Below, one piece after another: positions 27,936 through 38,652 of a DNA stretch of 64,000 nucleotides (the stretch's first letter is position 1; each line of letters starts with the position of its first letter). Source of the DNA: a plasmid; the sequence record NZ_CP093377.1; one strand, 5' to 3'. The translations under genes were made by a program, and so were the position numbers. A model generated the notes under the pieces. The model saw only the letters and a list, made by a program, of their open reading frames with translations. It searched no databases and was not told the DNA's origin.

Positions 27936-28565
27936 ATGACAATGAAAAACGCTTATCTCCGGGCGCTGACGATCGGCGTCCTGATTGCTTTCGCACCAAT
28001 GGTCGTGGCGAGCGCCCAGACTGATATTTCCGTCACTGACCACAGCTGGATCAAAGGTCAGCAGGACGCACTGGCGGCTATGAAGGACGATCTGCAAAGC
28101 CAGTCTGCCGGTTCATACGTGATACCGCAGGCGCAGCAGGATCTTATTACCCGACTACAGGGAAATATAGCGGCTCAGACCACCACGATGGGGGAAAAAG
28201 ACACCTTCCCGGCGATTTACTTTGTAAGCCTCGGCATACCTCGCGAAGGCCTGCTGCCGATGCTGAAGGACGCCCGCCGTTACAACATACCGCCAACGCT
28301 GCGTGGCCTCGTCAATAACGACATGCGCCAGACTGCGGCAGCTATGTTTGAGCTGAGTAAGGAGGACAGGGACGCCGGCGTGCAAATCGATCCGACGCTG
28401 TTCACTCAGTACAACATCACCACGGTACCTGCCCTGGTGGTGACCTGTCCTGGCCACCATGACGTTATCCGGGGAAGCCTGCCCCTGAAACAGGCCCTTG
28501 AGAAAGTGGCTGAAAGCGGCGAGTGCGCGGCAACGGCACGCCATCTCCTGGAGGCCGCCCAATGA
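27936..28565 (+). CDS. trbC: TrbC
   Basis: 209 aa with a signal peptide, downstream of traU as in F. Confidence 0.75.
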   Translation: MTMKNAYLRALTIGVLIAFAPMVVASAQTDISVTDHSWIKGQQDALAAMKDDLQSQSAGSYVIPQAQQDLITRLQGNIAAQTTTMGEKDTFPAIYFVSLGIPREGLLPMLKDARRYNIPPTLRGLVNNDMRQTAAAMFELSKEDRDAGVQIDPTLFTQYNITTVPALVVTCPGHHDVIRGSLPLKQALEKVAESGECAATARHLLEAAQ

Positions 28566-30367
28566 TAAAAATGCTTTCAACTGCGCTGTTGCTGTTCCCG
28601 CTTTTCGCTGTCGCCGCTGATCCTGCCTTTGAGGCGGGTGCGAGTTTTGGTAAGGGTAACGCTGCCGCAGGAACCGGTGCTCTGAAAAATCCCGGCGCGG
28701 TCACCGGAGCGATACCGGGCTATACCGCGAACCCACCGGAAAAGGGGTATTACGGTGGTGTAAACGGGGGCGATGGCGGTCTGGCGGGAAAAGGACAGGC
28801 TGCCCTGCAGGGCAATGACGCGGCACAGTCGGTGATCAGTTCCGGCACCAAAAACCCGACCCCAGCGATTGATCCGAATGCGCCCTTTATCACTATTGGT
28901 AAAAATGCGGAGGGTACGGCAGACGGGATCATGGATGGCAGCAGCCAGCAGTGTAAGGAAACGACTGTATCCAAATCCACCTTTGAGAAGTTCACCTGTG
29001 AGCGTGATGCCTGGATTGAACAGAGCTGTACGCGTAGCGGCGTTCCTGGCGGTGCCATGAGTAAGCCTGTCGTAACAAGCGAAGAGGTCAGAATAAAAGT
29101 GCAGACCGGTGGCCGAAAGTTAACGGTCACTATTCCTGAAACTATGGAAATAAACAAAGCCACGCTGTATTTCGGTAGCAATGAAAAAGGCGTTGATCAG
29201 TGGGGGATGGAAGGTACTTTCATCAATACGAGACTCAAAATACAGAGGAACGTAAATATGCCTCTGAATTTGACCGGAGCAGTTGAGGCAGGGCAGGTCT
29301 TTACATCCACAACTTTCTGTCCGGACATCTGTACTGGTTATACAAAGGATGCGACAGCAGATCTGATGAATGAAGCTGACGTCGTACTCATCCTTAACGT
29401 GACGACCACCAAAATGGATTTTGAACCCTCTGTTGGCTGGTCCGAAGCATGCTCTGTCAATAAAGACAAAGCAGTGAAAACCGGCTCCGTCTGCACTTCG
29501 CCCGGAGGTAGCCGACCAGTCACGGTCGATGGCAACATCTACCAGGTAACCAGTGACTGCTGGCAATACACCGATCAGTATCTGGTCCCGTCAGGCTCAA
29601 ACGGGACGTGCGGCAGTTTGATGCAAAACCCCGCCTGTACCGTGAACGGTACAGCCTGTCAGAAAAAAAATGGTAGCTACTGCGAGCATGAGACTGTCAG
29701 CTATGAGTGCCAGAAAGTGTGGTCTTCATCGGGGCTTGTCTGTGGGGGCACCTATTTCTGCAAATCAGGTGACTGTACTGAAACCGACGGCGCGGGGGAT
29801 AACGGTTTCGATACTGCCGTTGCAAAACTGGCAGGTCTTGCCTCTGCCGCAGAAGATGTGAAGGAAGATCAGATTAACGTACGTGCCTTTACCGGCGAAG
29901 TGATGAGCTGCCGAAAAGCTGTAGCTGGCTTTTCTAACTGCTGTAAAGACAGCGGCTGGGGTGCAGATGCGGGGCTTCAGCAGTGTAACAGCAAAGAAAT
30001 GGCGCTGGGCAAAGCGAAAGCCAAAAAAGTGACGGTTAGCATTGGCGAAAAATGTGACCACAAAGCGCTTGGCGTTTGCATTCAGAAAAGTCAGGTTTAC
30101 TGCGTTTTCCAGGGCAAGCTGGCGCGCATTATTCAGGAGCAGGGGCGGCGCGATCAGCTTCATGTGGGCTTTGGCAGCGGTGACAACCCGGACTGCAGGG
30201 GGATAACGGTTCCGGAGTTACAGAGTATCGACTTCGACAAAATCAACTTCTCTGACTTCTACGAGGATTTGATGAAGAACCAGAAAATCCCCGATACCAG
30301 CGCGCAGGTCAGGCAGATTAAGGATCGCATCGCCGCGCAGGTGAACCAGCAGGGAGGCGGCAAATGA
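28562..30367 (+). CDS. traN: TraN (Cys-rich outer-membrane mating-pair stabilisation protein)
   Basis: About 601 aa from MIKMLSTALLLFPLFAVAADP. Many Cys residues in the C-terminal half. Confidence 0.85.
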   Translation: MIKMLSTALLLFPLFAVAADPAFEAGASFGKGNAAAGTGALKNPGAVTGAIPGYTANPPEKGYYGGVNGGDGGLAGKGQAALQGNDAAQSVISSGTKNPTPAIDPNAPFITIGKNAEGTADGIMDGSSQQCKETTVSKSTFEKFTCERDAWIEQSCTRSGVPGGAMSKPVVTSEEVRIKVQTGGRKLTVTIPETMEINKATLYFGSNEKGVDQWGMEGTFINTRLKIQRNVNMPLNLTGAVEAGQVFTSTTFCPDICTGYTKDATADLMNEADVVLILNVTTTKMDFEPSVGWSEACSVNKDKAVKTGSVCTSPGGSRPVTVDGNIYQVTSDCWQYTDQYLVPSGSNGTCGSLMQNPACTVNGTACQKKNGSYCEHETVSYECQKVWSSSGLVCGGTYFCKSGDCTETDGAGDNGFDTAVAKLAGLASAAEDVKEDQINVRAFTGEVMSCRKAVAGFSNCCKDSGWGADAGLQQCNSKEMALGKAKAKKVTVSIGEKCDHKALGVCIQKSQVYCVFQGKLARIIQEQGRRDQLHVGFGSGDNPDCRGITVPELQSIDFDKINFSDFYEDLMKNQKIPDTSAQVRQIKDRIAAQVNQQGGGK

Positions 30368-31146
30368 AGCGCGTCCTCTGTGGCCTGCTTATGGCGCTGG
30401 CGAGCCATACGGCACTGGCCGAGGAGATTGTGACGCCGGCTGAGCCGTTCACCGGCTGGTCCTGGTACAACGAACCGAAGAAGCCCCCTGAGCAGCCCCG
30501 AAAACCGCAGCAGCCTGCACCACAGGCCATCCCGGATCTCAGCAAAATGTCCCCGATGGAGCAGGCCAGAGTACTGAAAGGGTATACACAGGAGGCGCTT
30601 AACCGCGCCATTCTGTACCCTTCGCGGGAAAATACGGCGACGTTCCTGCGCTGGCAGAAGTTCTGGACGGACCGGGCATCGATGTTCAGCCAGTCCTTTG
30701 CGGCGGCGCAACTGAGCCATCCTGATCTCGATTACAACCTGGAGTATCCGCACTACAACAGCATGGCGCCGTTTATGCAGACCCGCGACCAGCAGACGCG
30801 GCAGAGCGCCGTGGAGCAGCTGGCGCAGCAGTATGGCCTGTTCTACTTCTACCGGGGCAGTGACCCGATTGATGTGCAGATGGCGGGCGTGGTGGCTGAC
30901 TTTGCGAAAACCAACGGGATTTCACTCATTCCGGTCTCGGTTGACGGACAGGTGGCGGCCACCCTGCCACAAAGTCGTCCGGACACCGGACAGTCCCGGT
31001 CGATGAATATCACGCACTTTCCGGCGCTCTTCCTGGTTGACCCGCGCAACCAGAACTACCGTGCCCTGTCCTATGGCTTCATGACCCTGGATGACCTGTC
31101 GAAGCGATTCCTGAATGTGGCCACTGGCTTTAAACCCAATTCCTGA
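30364..31146 (+). CDS. traF: TraF (thioredoxin-fold pilus assembly protein)
   Basis: Motifs SYGFMTLDDLSKRFLNV and HPDLDYNLEYPHYN match F TraF. Confidence 0.85.
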   Translation: MKRVLCGLLMALASHTALAEEIVTPAEPFTGWSWYNEPKKPPEQPRKPQQPAPQAIPDLSKMSPMEQARVLKGYTQEALNRAILYPSRENTATFLRWQKFWTDRASMFSQSFAAAQLSHPDLDYNLEYPHYNSMAPFMQTRDQQTRQSAVEQLAQQYGLFYFYRGSDPIDVQMAGVVADFAKTNGISLIPVSVDGQVAATLPQSRPDTGQSRSMNITHFPALFLVDPRNQNYRALSYGFMTLDDLSKRFLNVATGFKPNS

Positions 31147-31155
31147 GAGTCTCTT

Positions 31156-31623
31156 ATGACAAAGATGCTTTTACCCCTCATCCGTGATGCAGGGCGTTTC
31201 GCCCTGTACACACTTGTCTTCGGCCCGGCGCTGTTGCTGTACGGTATTGTGATAGCCATTTCGCTTGAAGGCTCGCTGGCGGGGCAGTTTGTGAAAGAGG
31301 CGCAGACGCTAACCGAAGGCGCGCCCGCCGGTAAGGTAATGCAGTGCATTACGCATTATGAACCGGCACCACAATCCCGGCTACCTGAGCCCGGCGAGGA
31401 CGCAAGCCCCCCTCCTTATGAGTTCCCGCCGGTACAGTTTTGCCATCGTGAACCGGTTGACAGCGATCTCTGGATAAAGCCGATGAATGCAACGCTGCTC
31501 AACCTCTGGCTGACGGGCGCGCTGTTCGGCGCGGCTGTGGCTTTTCTGGCTCATCTTTATATTCATCGTTCAGCCACCTCACGGCAGATGTCGGGGGGAT
31601 GGCAAAAGGAGAAACACGAATGA
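31156..31623 (+). CDS. Membrane protein in the trbA position
   Basis: Synteny only. Confidence 0.35.
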   Translation: MTKMLLPLIRDAGRFALYTLVFGPALLLYGIVIAISLEGSLAGQFVKEAQTLTEGAPAGKVMQCITHYEPAPQSRLPEPGEDASPPPYEFPPVQFCHREPVDSDLWIKPMNATLLNLWLTGALFGAAVAFLAHLYIHRSATSRQMSGGWQKEKHE

Positions 31624-31838
31624 AACCCACTATTCTCGCAGGACTGATTTTCTGGGGCACGATGGCGCGCGTACTGAGCGAGCTGATGACCTGGTCGGTT
31701 GAGCATACGCAGCAGGGGCTCTTATGGCTGTGCAATGGGATGTGGGCCGGTGCGGCTGGCATGGTGGTGTATGCCGTGTATCGCTGGTTCCGTGACGAAA
31801 GAGGGCAAACGCATAAGGAAGGCGACCATGAACATTAA
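31620..31838 (+). CDS. traQ: TraQ-like pilin chaperone
   Basis: Small membrane protein positioned like F traQ. Confidence 0.4.
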   Translation: MKPTILAGLIFWGTMARVLSELMTWSVEHTQQGLLWLCNGMWAGAAGMVVYAVYRWFRDERGQTHKEGDHEH

Positions 31839-32436
31839 AACCGGACTCACGGCTCTGCTGATGTGCCTGCCCCTGCTGGCGAACGCCGGCGCGCGCGAGG
31901 AGTTAATGGCGCTTGAAGCGACAAAAATGGCCTCTGCTGACGCTGCAGCCGTCGCCGCCTCCACCATTCCGGTACCTGCGCCAGCCAGCCTGATGGCGCT
32001 GCCGGACGGACGTCGGGCTAACATGAAAGATTATGCCGTGGTGCTCTTTATGCAGGCACACTGTCAGTACAGCGCGAAGTTTGACCCGCTGCTGAAGGGC
32101 TGGGCTGATGAGCATGCTGTCAGGGTTTACCCGTACACCCTGGACGGCGGCGGTGATGTGTCTTATCCGACGCCGATGATCCCGCGCAGGACCGATCCGA
32201 ATTCTCCCATTGCAGACGAGATTGTGACCTTCTTCGGAAACGGGCTGCCGATTGCGACACCGACGGCCTTTATGGTCAACGTCAACACCCTGAAAGCCTA
32301 CCCGCTGACTCAGGGTGTGATGGACATCCCTGCACTTGAGAGCCGGATGGCCAGCCTGATTCAGGCTGACATGGACAACGTCGATCCGAAAACGCTGCCG
32401 CCCATGCCGGCAAGCGCGCAGGTCACCCCTCAGTAA
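31828..32436 (+). CDS. trbB: TrbB-like periplasmic thioredoxin-fold protein
   Basis: ATG at 31828 with a signal peptide, positioned like F trbB. Confidence 0.55.
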   Translation: MNIKTGLTALLMCLPLLANAGAREELMALEATKMASADAAAVAASTIPVPAPASLMALPDGRRANMKDYAVVLFMQAHCQYSAKFDPLLKGWADEHAVRVYPYTLDGGGDVSYPTPMIPRRTDPNSPIADEIVTFFGNGLPIATPTAFMVNVNTLKAYPLTQGVMDIPALESRMASLIQADMDNVDPKTLPPMPASAQVTPQ

Positions 32437-32453
32437 TACAAACGGACTACAAA

Positions 32454-32717
32454 ATGACGACAAATACGTATGCGTTATCGCGTACCGAGCGCGTGTGGCT
32501 GTTATTCAGCGTGACGCTGCTTGTGTCCGCAGCGTTCTATGGGGTGCTGGCCCACCGGGTGGTCAGCGTCATGGATCGCCCTGAACTGACAACCTGTCTG
32601 CAGGACTTTCCGGTGCTCCTGCTGATATCACTGAGCATCGGCTTCTTTTTCACCGTCACCGGGCTGTACGTCTGTCGTCAGACCCTGGCCAGGAAACCCC
32701 GGGAGGAGATTGCATGA
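32454..32717 (+). CDS. TrbJ-like small membrane protein
   Basis: Synteny and size. Confidence 0.4.
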   Translation: MTTNTYALSRTERVWLLFSVTLLVSAAFYGVLAHRVVSVMDRPELTTCLQDFPVLLLISLSIGFFFTVTGLYVCRQTLARKPREEIA

Positions 32718-33118
32718 GGTACATCAGACTGAAGACGTTTATCCGAAACCAGGCTATCGGGATACTGAAAGACAGTAGTGAGGTTACGGAAACCCAAAAA
32801 TGGACTGACCTGTTAACGCTGAAACTGTTTTATGCCTTCATTTTTACCGCCGTAGTCGAAAGGGTATACGTGACGTGCGCCATCACAACGCTCAGTGCGA
32901 TGTCCGTTGACCGCGCCGAACAGTTCACGCTCTCGCTTCTCATCCACTATCCGCAGTACCTGTTGTGGGGCGTTATGGCCGCGATTATCGCGCTCATTGC
33001 GGTGAATTTACTCGTCTGCAGCTGGCTCTGTCTGGCCAGATATCTTTGCCGCAAAATTAACCGCGCTGACAGCCCGGCAGGCAAGAATACGCAAGCTGTG
33101 GAGGTGCCTAATGATTAA
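32714..33118 (+). CDS. TrbF-like membrane protein
   Basis: Synteny and size. Confidence 0.4.
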   Translation: MRYIRLKTFIRNQAIGILKDSSEVTETQKWTDLLTLKLFYAFIFTAVVERVYVTCAITTLSAMSVDRAEQFTLSLLIHYPQYLLWGVMAAIIALIAVNLLVCSWLCLARYLCRKINRADSPAGKNTQAVEVPND

Positions 33119-34475
33119 GGCGCTTATTACGGCAGGGATTGTGTTCTTCTCAGGCCTGGCTGCTCTGCCTGCTCAGGCGGACGTCAATGGTGACCTCAAC
33201 GGCTTCTTTGGCAAGCTGGGCTACAGCGGCAACGTCTCTCAGGCGCAGGCATGGCAGGGGCAGGCGGCCGGGTACTTCTCGGGCGGCTCTGTCTACCTCC
33301 GGAATCCCGTCAAAAGCGTCCAGCTGATCTCGATGCAGCTGCCTTCCCTGAATGCCGGCTGCGGCGGCATCGACGCCTATCTCGGGTCGTTCAGTATGAT
33401 CAGCGGTGAGGAAATTCAGCGATTCGTTAAGCAAATCATGAGCAATGCCGCCGGCTATGCATTCGACCTGGCTCTGCAAACAATGGTGCCGGAGCTGAAG
33501 CAGGCGAAAGACTTCCTGCAGAAGCTGGCGAACGACGTGAACTCAATGAACATGAGTTCGTGCCAGGCCGCGCAGGGCATCATCGGCGGGTTGTGGCCCG
33601 TAACGCAGGTTTCCCAGCAGAAAATCTGCCAGGACATTGCCGGCGAAACCAACATGTTTGCTGACTGGGCGGCCTCCCGCCAGGGCTGCACCGTCGGAGG
33701 ACAGGGCGACAAAGTCACGGCCAAAGCCGGCGATGCAGAAAAAGACCAGGTACTGAAAAACAAAAACCTTATCTGGGACACGCTCAGTAAGAACGGGCTG
33801 CTTGGTAACGACCGCGCCCTGAAGGAGCTGGTCATGAGTACCGTCGGCTCCATCATTTTCAACAAGAACGGCGATGTGACAATCCTGACGCCGCTGGTCG
33901 ATAACCGCGACCTGATTAAAGTTCTGATGCGCGGGGGAACAGCGAAGGTCTACGGGTGCGATGAAGCAACACTCTGTCTGGGGCCTGTCGTCACTAACCT
34001 GACGATTACTGAGTCCAGCGCTCTGGTCACACTGGTCAAAAACCTGATGCTCTCGATGCAGAACAAACTTGTCGATGACAAACCGCTGACCGATCAGGAA
34101 AAAGGCTTCGTGAACACCACCTCTGTGCCGGTACTGAAATACCTGACCAATGCCCAGAGTATGGGGATGAGCGCCACGTACCTCCTGCAGGTTTCCGACT
34201 TCATTGCCCAGGACCTGATGATTCAGTACCTCCAGGAACTGGTGAAACAGGCAAGCCTGTCTCTGGCTGGTAAGAACTTCCCTGAAGAAGCTGCCGCAAA
34301 ACTACGCGACAACATCATTCATGCGCAGGGACTGCTGGCCGACATGAAGCTGCAGTCTGCAGCCGATCAGAACGCGCTGGACGGTATCGACCGCAACATG
34401 CAGTACCTGCAGCAGCAGGTGTCCACCATTGTTTCAGGCTCCTATCAAAGCAACTATCACTGGGGTGATCGCTGA
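33111..34475 (+). CDS. traH: TraH
   Basis: 454 aa with signal peptide; similar to F TraH. Confidence 0.85.
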   Translation: MIKALITAGIVFFSGLAALPAQADVNGDLNGFFGKLGYSGNVSQAQAWQGQAAGYFSGGSVYLRNPVKSVQLISMQLPSLNAGCGGIDAYLGSFSMISGEEIQRFVKQIMSNAAGYAFDLALQTMVPELKQAKDFLQKLANDVNSMNMSSCQAAQGIIGGLWPVTQVSQQKICQDIAGETNMFADWAASRQGCTVGGQGDKVTAKAGDAEKDQVLKNKNLIWDTLSKNGLLGNDRALKELVMSTVGSIIFNKNGDVTILTPLVDNRDLIKVLMRGGTAKVYGCDEATLCLGPVVTNLTITESSALVTLVKNLMLSMQNKLVDDKPLTDQEKGFVNTTSVPVLKYLTNAQSMGMSATYLLQVSDFIAQDLMIQYLQELVKQASLSLAGKNFPEEAAAKLRDNIIHAQGLLADMKLQSAADQNALDGIDRNMQYLQQQVSTIVSGSYQSNYHWGDR

Positions 34476-37400
34476 TGCTTGAGATATACACCATTTATGG
34501 CGGAGGAATGTGGAAAACGGCGCTGGACGCCGTTGTCACCCTTGTCGGTCAGAATACCTTCCACACCTTAATGCGTATTGCCGGCACCTTCGGGGTGCTG
34601 GCAGTATTGCTCACTTTCATCAAACAACGTAACCCGATGGTCTTCGTCCAGTGGCTGGCGATCTTCATGATCCTGACGTCCATCCTGCTGGTACCGAAAC
34701 GTTCAGTACAGATAATTGACCTCTCAGACCCGGCTGCGGTGTGGAAAACCGATAATGTACCGGTCGGTCTGGCGGCCATCGCGTCACTGACGACCAGCAT
34801 CGGTTACAAAATGGCATCGGTGTACGACATGCTGATGGCCAGACCTGACTCGGTAACCTACAGCAAGACCGGTATGCTGTTTGGCTCGCAGATTGTGGCG
34901 GAAACCAGCGACTTCACCACGCAAAACCCGGAGCTGGCTCAGATGCTGCCGGACTACGTGGAAAACTGTGTTATCGGCGATATTCTGCTGAACGGTAAAT
35001 ACACCATCAATCAGCTGCTCAATTCCACTGACCCGCTGACGCTGATAACCAGTAACCCCAGCCCGCTGCGGGGCATCTTTAAGATGACCTCCACCTCGCG
35101 TCAGTTCCTGACCTGTCAGCAGGCGGCAACGGAGATACAGAAGCTGGCGAATACCGACGTCAATCCGGGCAGTGCGACATTCACCTGGCTGACGCGGAAG
35201 GTCTTCGGCAACAAGCTGAATGGCGCGACGCTTCTGGCCAACGCTATGGGGGAAAGCTACGGATTCTTCTATTCCGGGGGAATGACGGCTGCGCAGATCA
35301 TGAAGAACAACATCACGAACAGTGCAGTTCGGCAGGGAATTAAGGGTTTTGCCGCTCGCTCATCCGATACGGCTAACCTGCTTAATCTGGCCACCGAGAA
35401 CGCTGCCACGAAACAGCGTCTCAGCTGGGCGGCGGGTAATGAGCTTGCCACCCGCACTCTGCCGTTTGCACAGTCCCTGCTGATGCTTATCCTGGTGTGC
35501 CTGTTCCCGCTGATGATTGCGCTGGCCGCGTCAAACCACACGCTTTTTGGCCTGAACACCCTGAAAATATACGTTTCCGGGTTTATCTATTTCCAGATGT
35601 GGCCGGTGATGTTCGCCATTCTTAACTATGCCGCCAACTACTGGCTGCAGAGTCAGTCCGGGGGTACGCCCCTGGTGCTGGCCAACAAGGATGTGGTGGC
35701 ACTGCAGCATTCGGACGTGGCGAATCTGGCAGGCTACCTGGCACTGTCCATTCCGGTGCTCTCGTTCTATCTGACCAGAGGGGCGGCGGCAATTGGCTCT
35801 CAGGTTACCGGCAGCATACTCAGTTCAGGGGCATTCACCTCTGCCGGTGTGGCAGCGACCACTGCGGACGGAAACTGGTCGTTTAACAACATGTCGATGG
35901 ACAATGTCAGCCAGAACAAGATGGACACGAACCTGGTGCAGCGCCAGGGGCAGCAGACGTGGCAGGCGGATAACGGCTCCACGCAGACGCAGACGGCCGG
36001 TGGCCACACGGTTATCGACGGCTCAGGCGCAATGTCGAATCTGCCGGTGAACATGAAGCTCAGCCAGCTGGCAAGCAGTGGTTTCCAGGAGTCAGCCCGT
36101 CAGTCGCAGGTTCAGGCGCAGACGGCGCTCGATGGCTACAACCATAGCGTCACCAGTGGCTGGTCGCAGCTCTCACAGCTTTCTAATCAGACAGGTACCA
36201 GCGACAGCCTGACCCGCGGCAGTGAAAACAGCCAGGTCACTAACGCAACGCGCGGCGCCAGCATGATGATGTCGGCCGCTGAAAGCTATGCGAAAGCGAA
36301 CAACATCTCGACGCAGGAAGCCTATAACCAACTGATGTCAAAATCACAGGAAGGCAGTTTCAATGCTGGCGGCAAAATTTATGCCAAAGCTGATTCAGGC
36401 GATTCAGCAATAGGGAAAATTGGCAAATGGACTGTGGGTGCTAGCGGTGGGATTGAGGGGCACATGGGAGTTGAATATAAAGGCTCCGATGGCAGCTCTC
36501 ATGGAACACAAGACACAAACTCTCTTGCTCAAGATATGCGACACGACAAAAACAGTCAGGCAGTTAATGACTTCCGCCAGGGTATGGATATGGTTAAAAG
36601 TAGCCGTATCACCGATGGCGCGAATCATTCCGAGAATGCTGCAAGCAGCAATGTTCAGCAGCTGGCCGCAACGCTTAATGATGCTGAGAGCCAGTATCAT
36701 CAGTACACCACCAGTTCGACGCAGAGTAGCGAGTTCAGCAGGATGGCCACCATTGCGCAGAACCAGAGCGCGAGCCTCGATACGAACTATACGCAGGAGT
36801 TTGTGGACTGGGCGGCCAATAAATACGGCGATAAGGCACAGTCCATGCTGACAAGTGCGCCGTCGGCGCGTGAAGCGGCGATGGAGTTCGTAAATGAACG
36901 GCTCAAACCAGAAATCATGGGGGATTATCAGCAGGGGCGTTCAGATCTTACCAGCGGTCAGGAGCATGCAGCATTCAGTGGGGAGCATATCGTTCAGCCA
37001 GCACGTGGCAGTCAACAGGTATCAGGTTCATCTGGTCATGATGCTGGAGTCAGCTACAGCTCTCAGGATGGTGGTGCTCACAGATCGGGAGGTGTTGGCA
37101 GCGCCCAGACTTACGGAACGACTCAGGGCGCTGAATATGTAGGCCAGCAGGGTGGGAATTATTCTGCCAGAACAGACGATTCTGTTTCGCCGGGTATGGA
37201 GCAGTCAACTATTCATCAAGGACAAGCAGCCGGACAGAGAAGCAGCTCGGGTAATATCACCTCGTCGGCAGGCATGGTTGTTGCCGGTGGACGCACCACG
37301 GCAGATGAAAGAACCGGCCATATTGCAGAATCGCACTCGGAGTTCCATCATTCAGGAGCCGTCAGGGAGCAAGGAAGCATGCATGGCCAGGAGAGTGAAG

Positions 37401-37783
37401 TTACTCATAGCCGTTCAGGCATTAATGTTGGCGGTGAAAAAGTACGTGGCGATGCTATGCAGGAGTCATATAGAGAAAATCAGGCTAAGCTGCAGGAACA
37501 TTCCTCACAGGGTTTTGGGCCCCAGAATGAGCTACAGCGCAGAGTGGCGGAACAAAGATCTGAAAATGAGCATAAAATCAACGAATCTGCTGAGGGAATT
37601 GGCAAAAAACAATCCACTGTTCAGGTATCCAGTGATATATTAAGCGGAGAACATGCGAATGCTCAGTCAAAATTCGCAAAAGGATATGAAAGTGAAAAAG
37701 GACGTCAAAATTTCATTCCTGAGGAGGCCAGCGATGCTGATGTTAAAGCTAGGCTTGCCGAAATACGCAGGAAAGCAGGCTAA
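34475..37783 (+). CDS. traG: TraG (mating-pair stabilisation / entry-exclusion determinant) with an extended low-complexity C-terminus
   Basis: 1102 aa. The N-terminal polytopic membrane domain is F TraG-like. Roughly the last 500 aa are Gln/Ser/Gly/His-rich. Confidence 0.85.
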   Translation: MLEIYTIYGGGMWKTALDAVVTLVGQNTFHTLMRIAGTFGVLAVLLTFIKQRNPMVFVQWLAIFMILTSILLVPKRSVQIIDLSDPAAVWKTDNVPVGLAAIASLTTSIGYKMASVYDMLMARPDSVTYSKTGMLFGSQIVAETSDFTTQNPELAQMLPDYVENCVIGDILLNGKYTINQLLNSTDPLTLITSNPSPLRGIFKMTSTSRQFLTCQQAATEIQKLANTDVNPGSATFTWLTRKVFGNKLNGATLLANAMGESYGFFYSGGMTAAQIMKNNITNSAVRQGIKGFAARSSDTANLLNLATENAATKQRLSWAAGNELATRTLPFAQSLLMLILVCLFPLMIALAASNHTLFGLNTLKIYVSGFIYFQMWPVMFAILNYAANYWLQSQSGGTPLVLANKDVVALQHSDVANLAGYLALSIPVLSFYLTRGAAAIGSQVTGSILSSGAFTSAGVAATTADGNWSFNNMSMDNVSQNKMDTNLVQRQGQQTWQADNGSTQTQTAGGHTVIDGSGAMSNLPVNMKLSQLASSGFQESARQSQVQAQTALDGYNHSVTSGWSQLSQLSNQTGTSDSLTRGSENSQVTNATRGASMMMSAAESYAKANNISTQEAYNQLMSKSQEGSFNAGGKIYAKADSGDSAIGKIGKWTVGASGGIEGHMGVEYKGSDGSSHGTQDTNSLAQDMRHDKNSQAVNDFRQGMDMVKSSRITDGANHSENAASSNVQQLAATLNDAESQYHQYTTSSTQSSEFSRMATIAQNQSASLDTNYTQEFVDWAANKYGDKAQSMLTSAPSAREAAMEFVNERLKPEIMGDYQQGRSDLTSGQEHAAFSGEHIVQPARGSQQVSGSSGHDAGVSYSSQDGGAHRSGGVGSAQTYGTTQGAEYVGQQGGNYSARTDDSVSPGMEQSTIHQGQAAGQRSSSGNITSSAGMVVAGGRTTADERTGHIAESHSEFHHSGAVREQGSMHGQESEVTHSRSGINVGGEKVRGDAMQESYRENQAKLQEHSSQGFGPQNELQRRVAEQRSENEHKINESAEGIGKKQSTVQVSSDILSGEHANAQSKFAKGYESEKGRQNFIPEEASDADVKARLAEIRRKAG

Positions 37784-37788
37784 TAGGA

Positions 37789-38367
37789 GTGTATATGGCA
37801 ATTACACAGGCAGATGTTAATAAAGATATTCGTATGTTGGCAGATAGCATAGAAGATGAAAATCGGCCATTGGTTAATCCTGTACAAGCTTTGAAGATAA
37901 GTATGCTGTGGCCATTGAGTTGCGCTGCTGTTTATGCAATTGCTGTCTCCTGGGCTATATATAACTTTACGCCACATATTGATCATTTCGATAATATGAC
38001 AACCCTAACAGGCGAGTATGGGTTTGTACTTGCAGCCTGTTCCTTAGCTATTGTATTTTGTCTATTCATAGGTGCGTCACTATATGGTCCTGCGCTTGCA
38101 TACCTATCGCTAAGCGAAGAAGCTAGAGATAAATCTCTAATCATAAGGCGATTAAAAAAAGTTACGTTGAAGGTAGGGGGATTCTTCCTCCTCTGTAACT
38201 TAGGGATAGCGGTTCTTTCAATTAAATTCCCTTCCGTTTTAGTTATCTCACCATTCTCAATCATTGTATCATTTTTGATCACGCAAGGTGTTGTAGGTGC
38301 CGAGGCTGCTAGATATGGAATTAGTTCAATTTTTGGCAAAGTGAATAAATTAGCTAATAAAATCTAG
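37789..38367 (+). CDS. traS: TraS-like entry-exclusion inner-membrane protein
   Basis: Hydrophobic, AT-rich variable gene between traG and traT. Confidence 0.55.
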   Translation: MYMAITQADVNKDIRMLADSIEDENRPLVNPVQALKISMLWPLSCAAVYAIAVSWAIYNFTPHIDHFDNMTTLTGEYGFVLAACSLAIVFCLFIGASLYGPALAYLSLSEEARDKSLIIRRLKKVTLKVGGFFLLCNLGIAVLSIKFPSVLVISPFSIIVSFLITQGVVGAEAARYGISSIFGKVNKLANKI

Positions 38368-38652
38368 GCATATAGATAGCAGTGCGGGTTCTATCTTTAT
38401 TGATATTGCTCGCACTTTTTATAACCATTTTAAAATTTAATAGTCATTCTTAAGAGAAAACCTATCGGAAATGATCTCATTTCCTACTACTACCATTGCT
38501 CGAAGATATAATGGACATGACTCCCCTAAATTTTAGTAGTAATTGACGACAAACAAACTTTTTAACCTAAATTCCCTTTCAAATCTGCCGATAACATCTC
38601 TGTTAGCTCTGTCTCGCTAACGGGGATGTTTTACTATGCACAGGACGAATAC

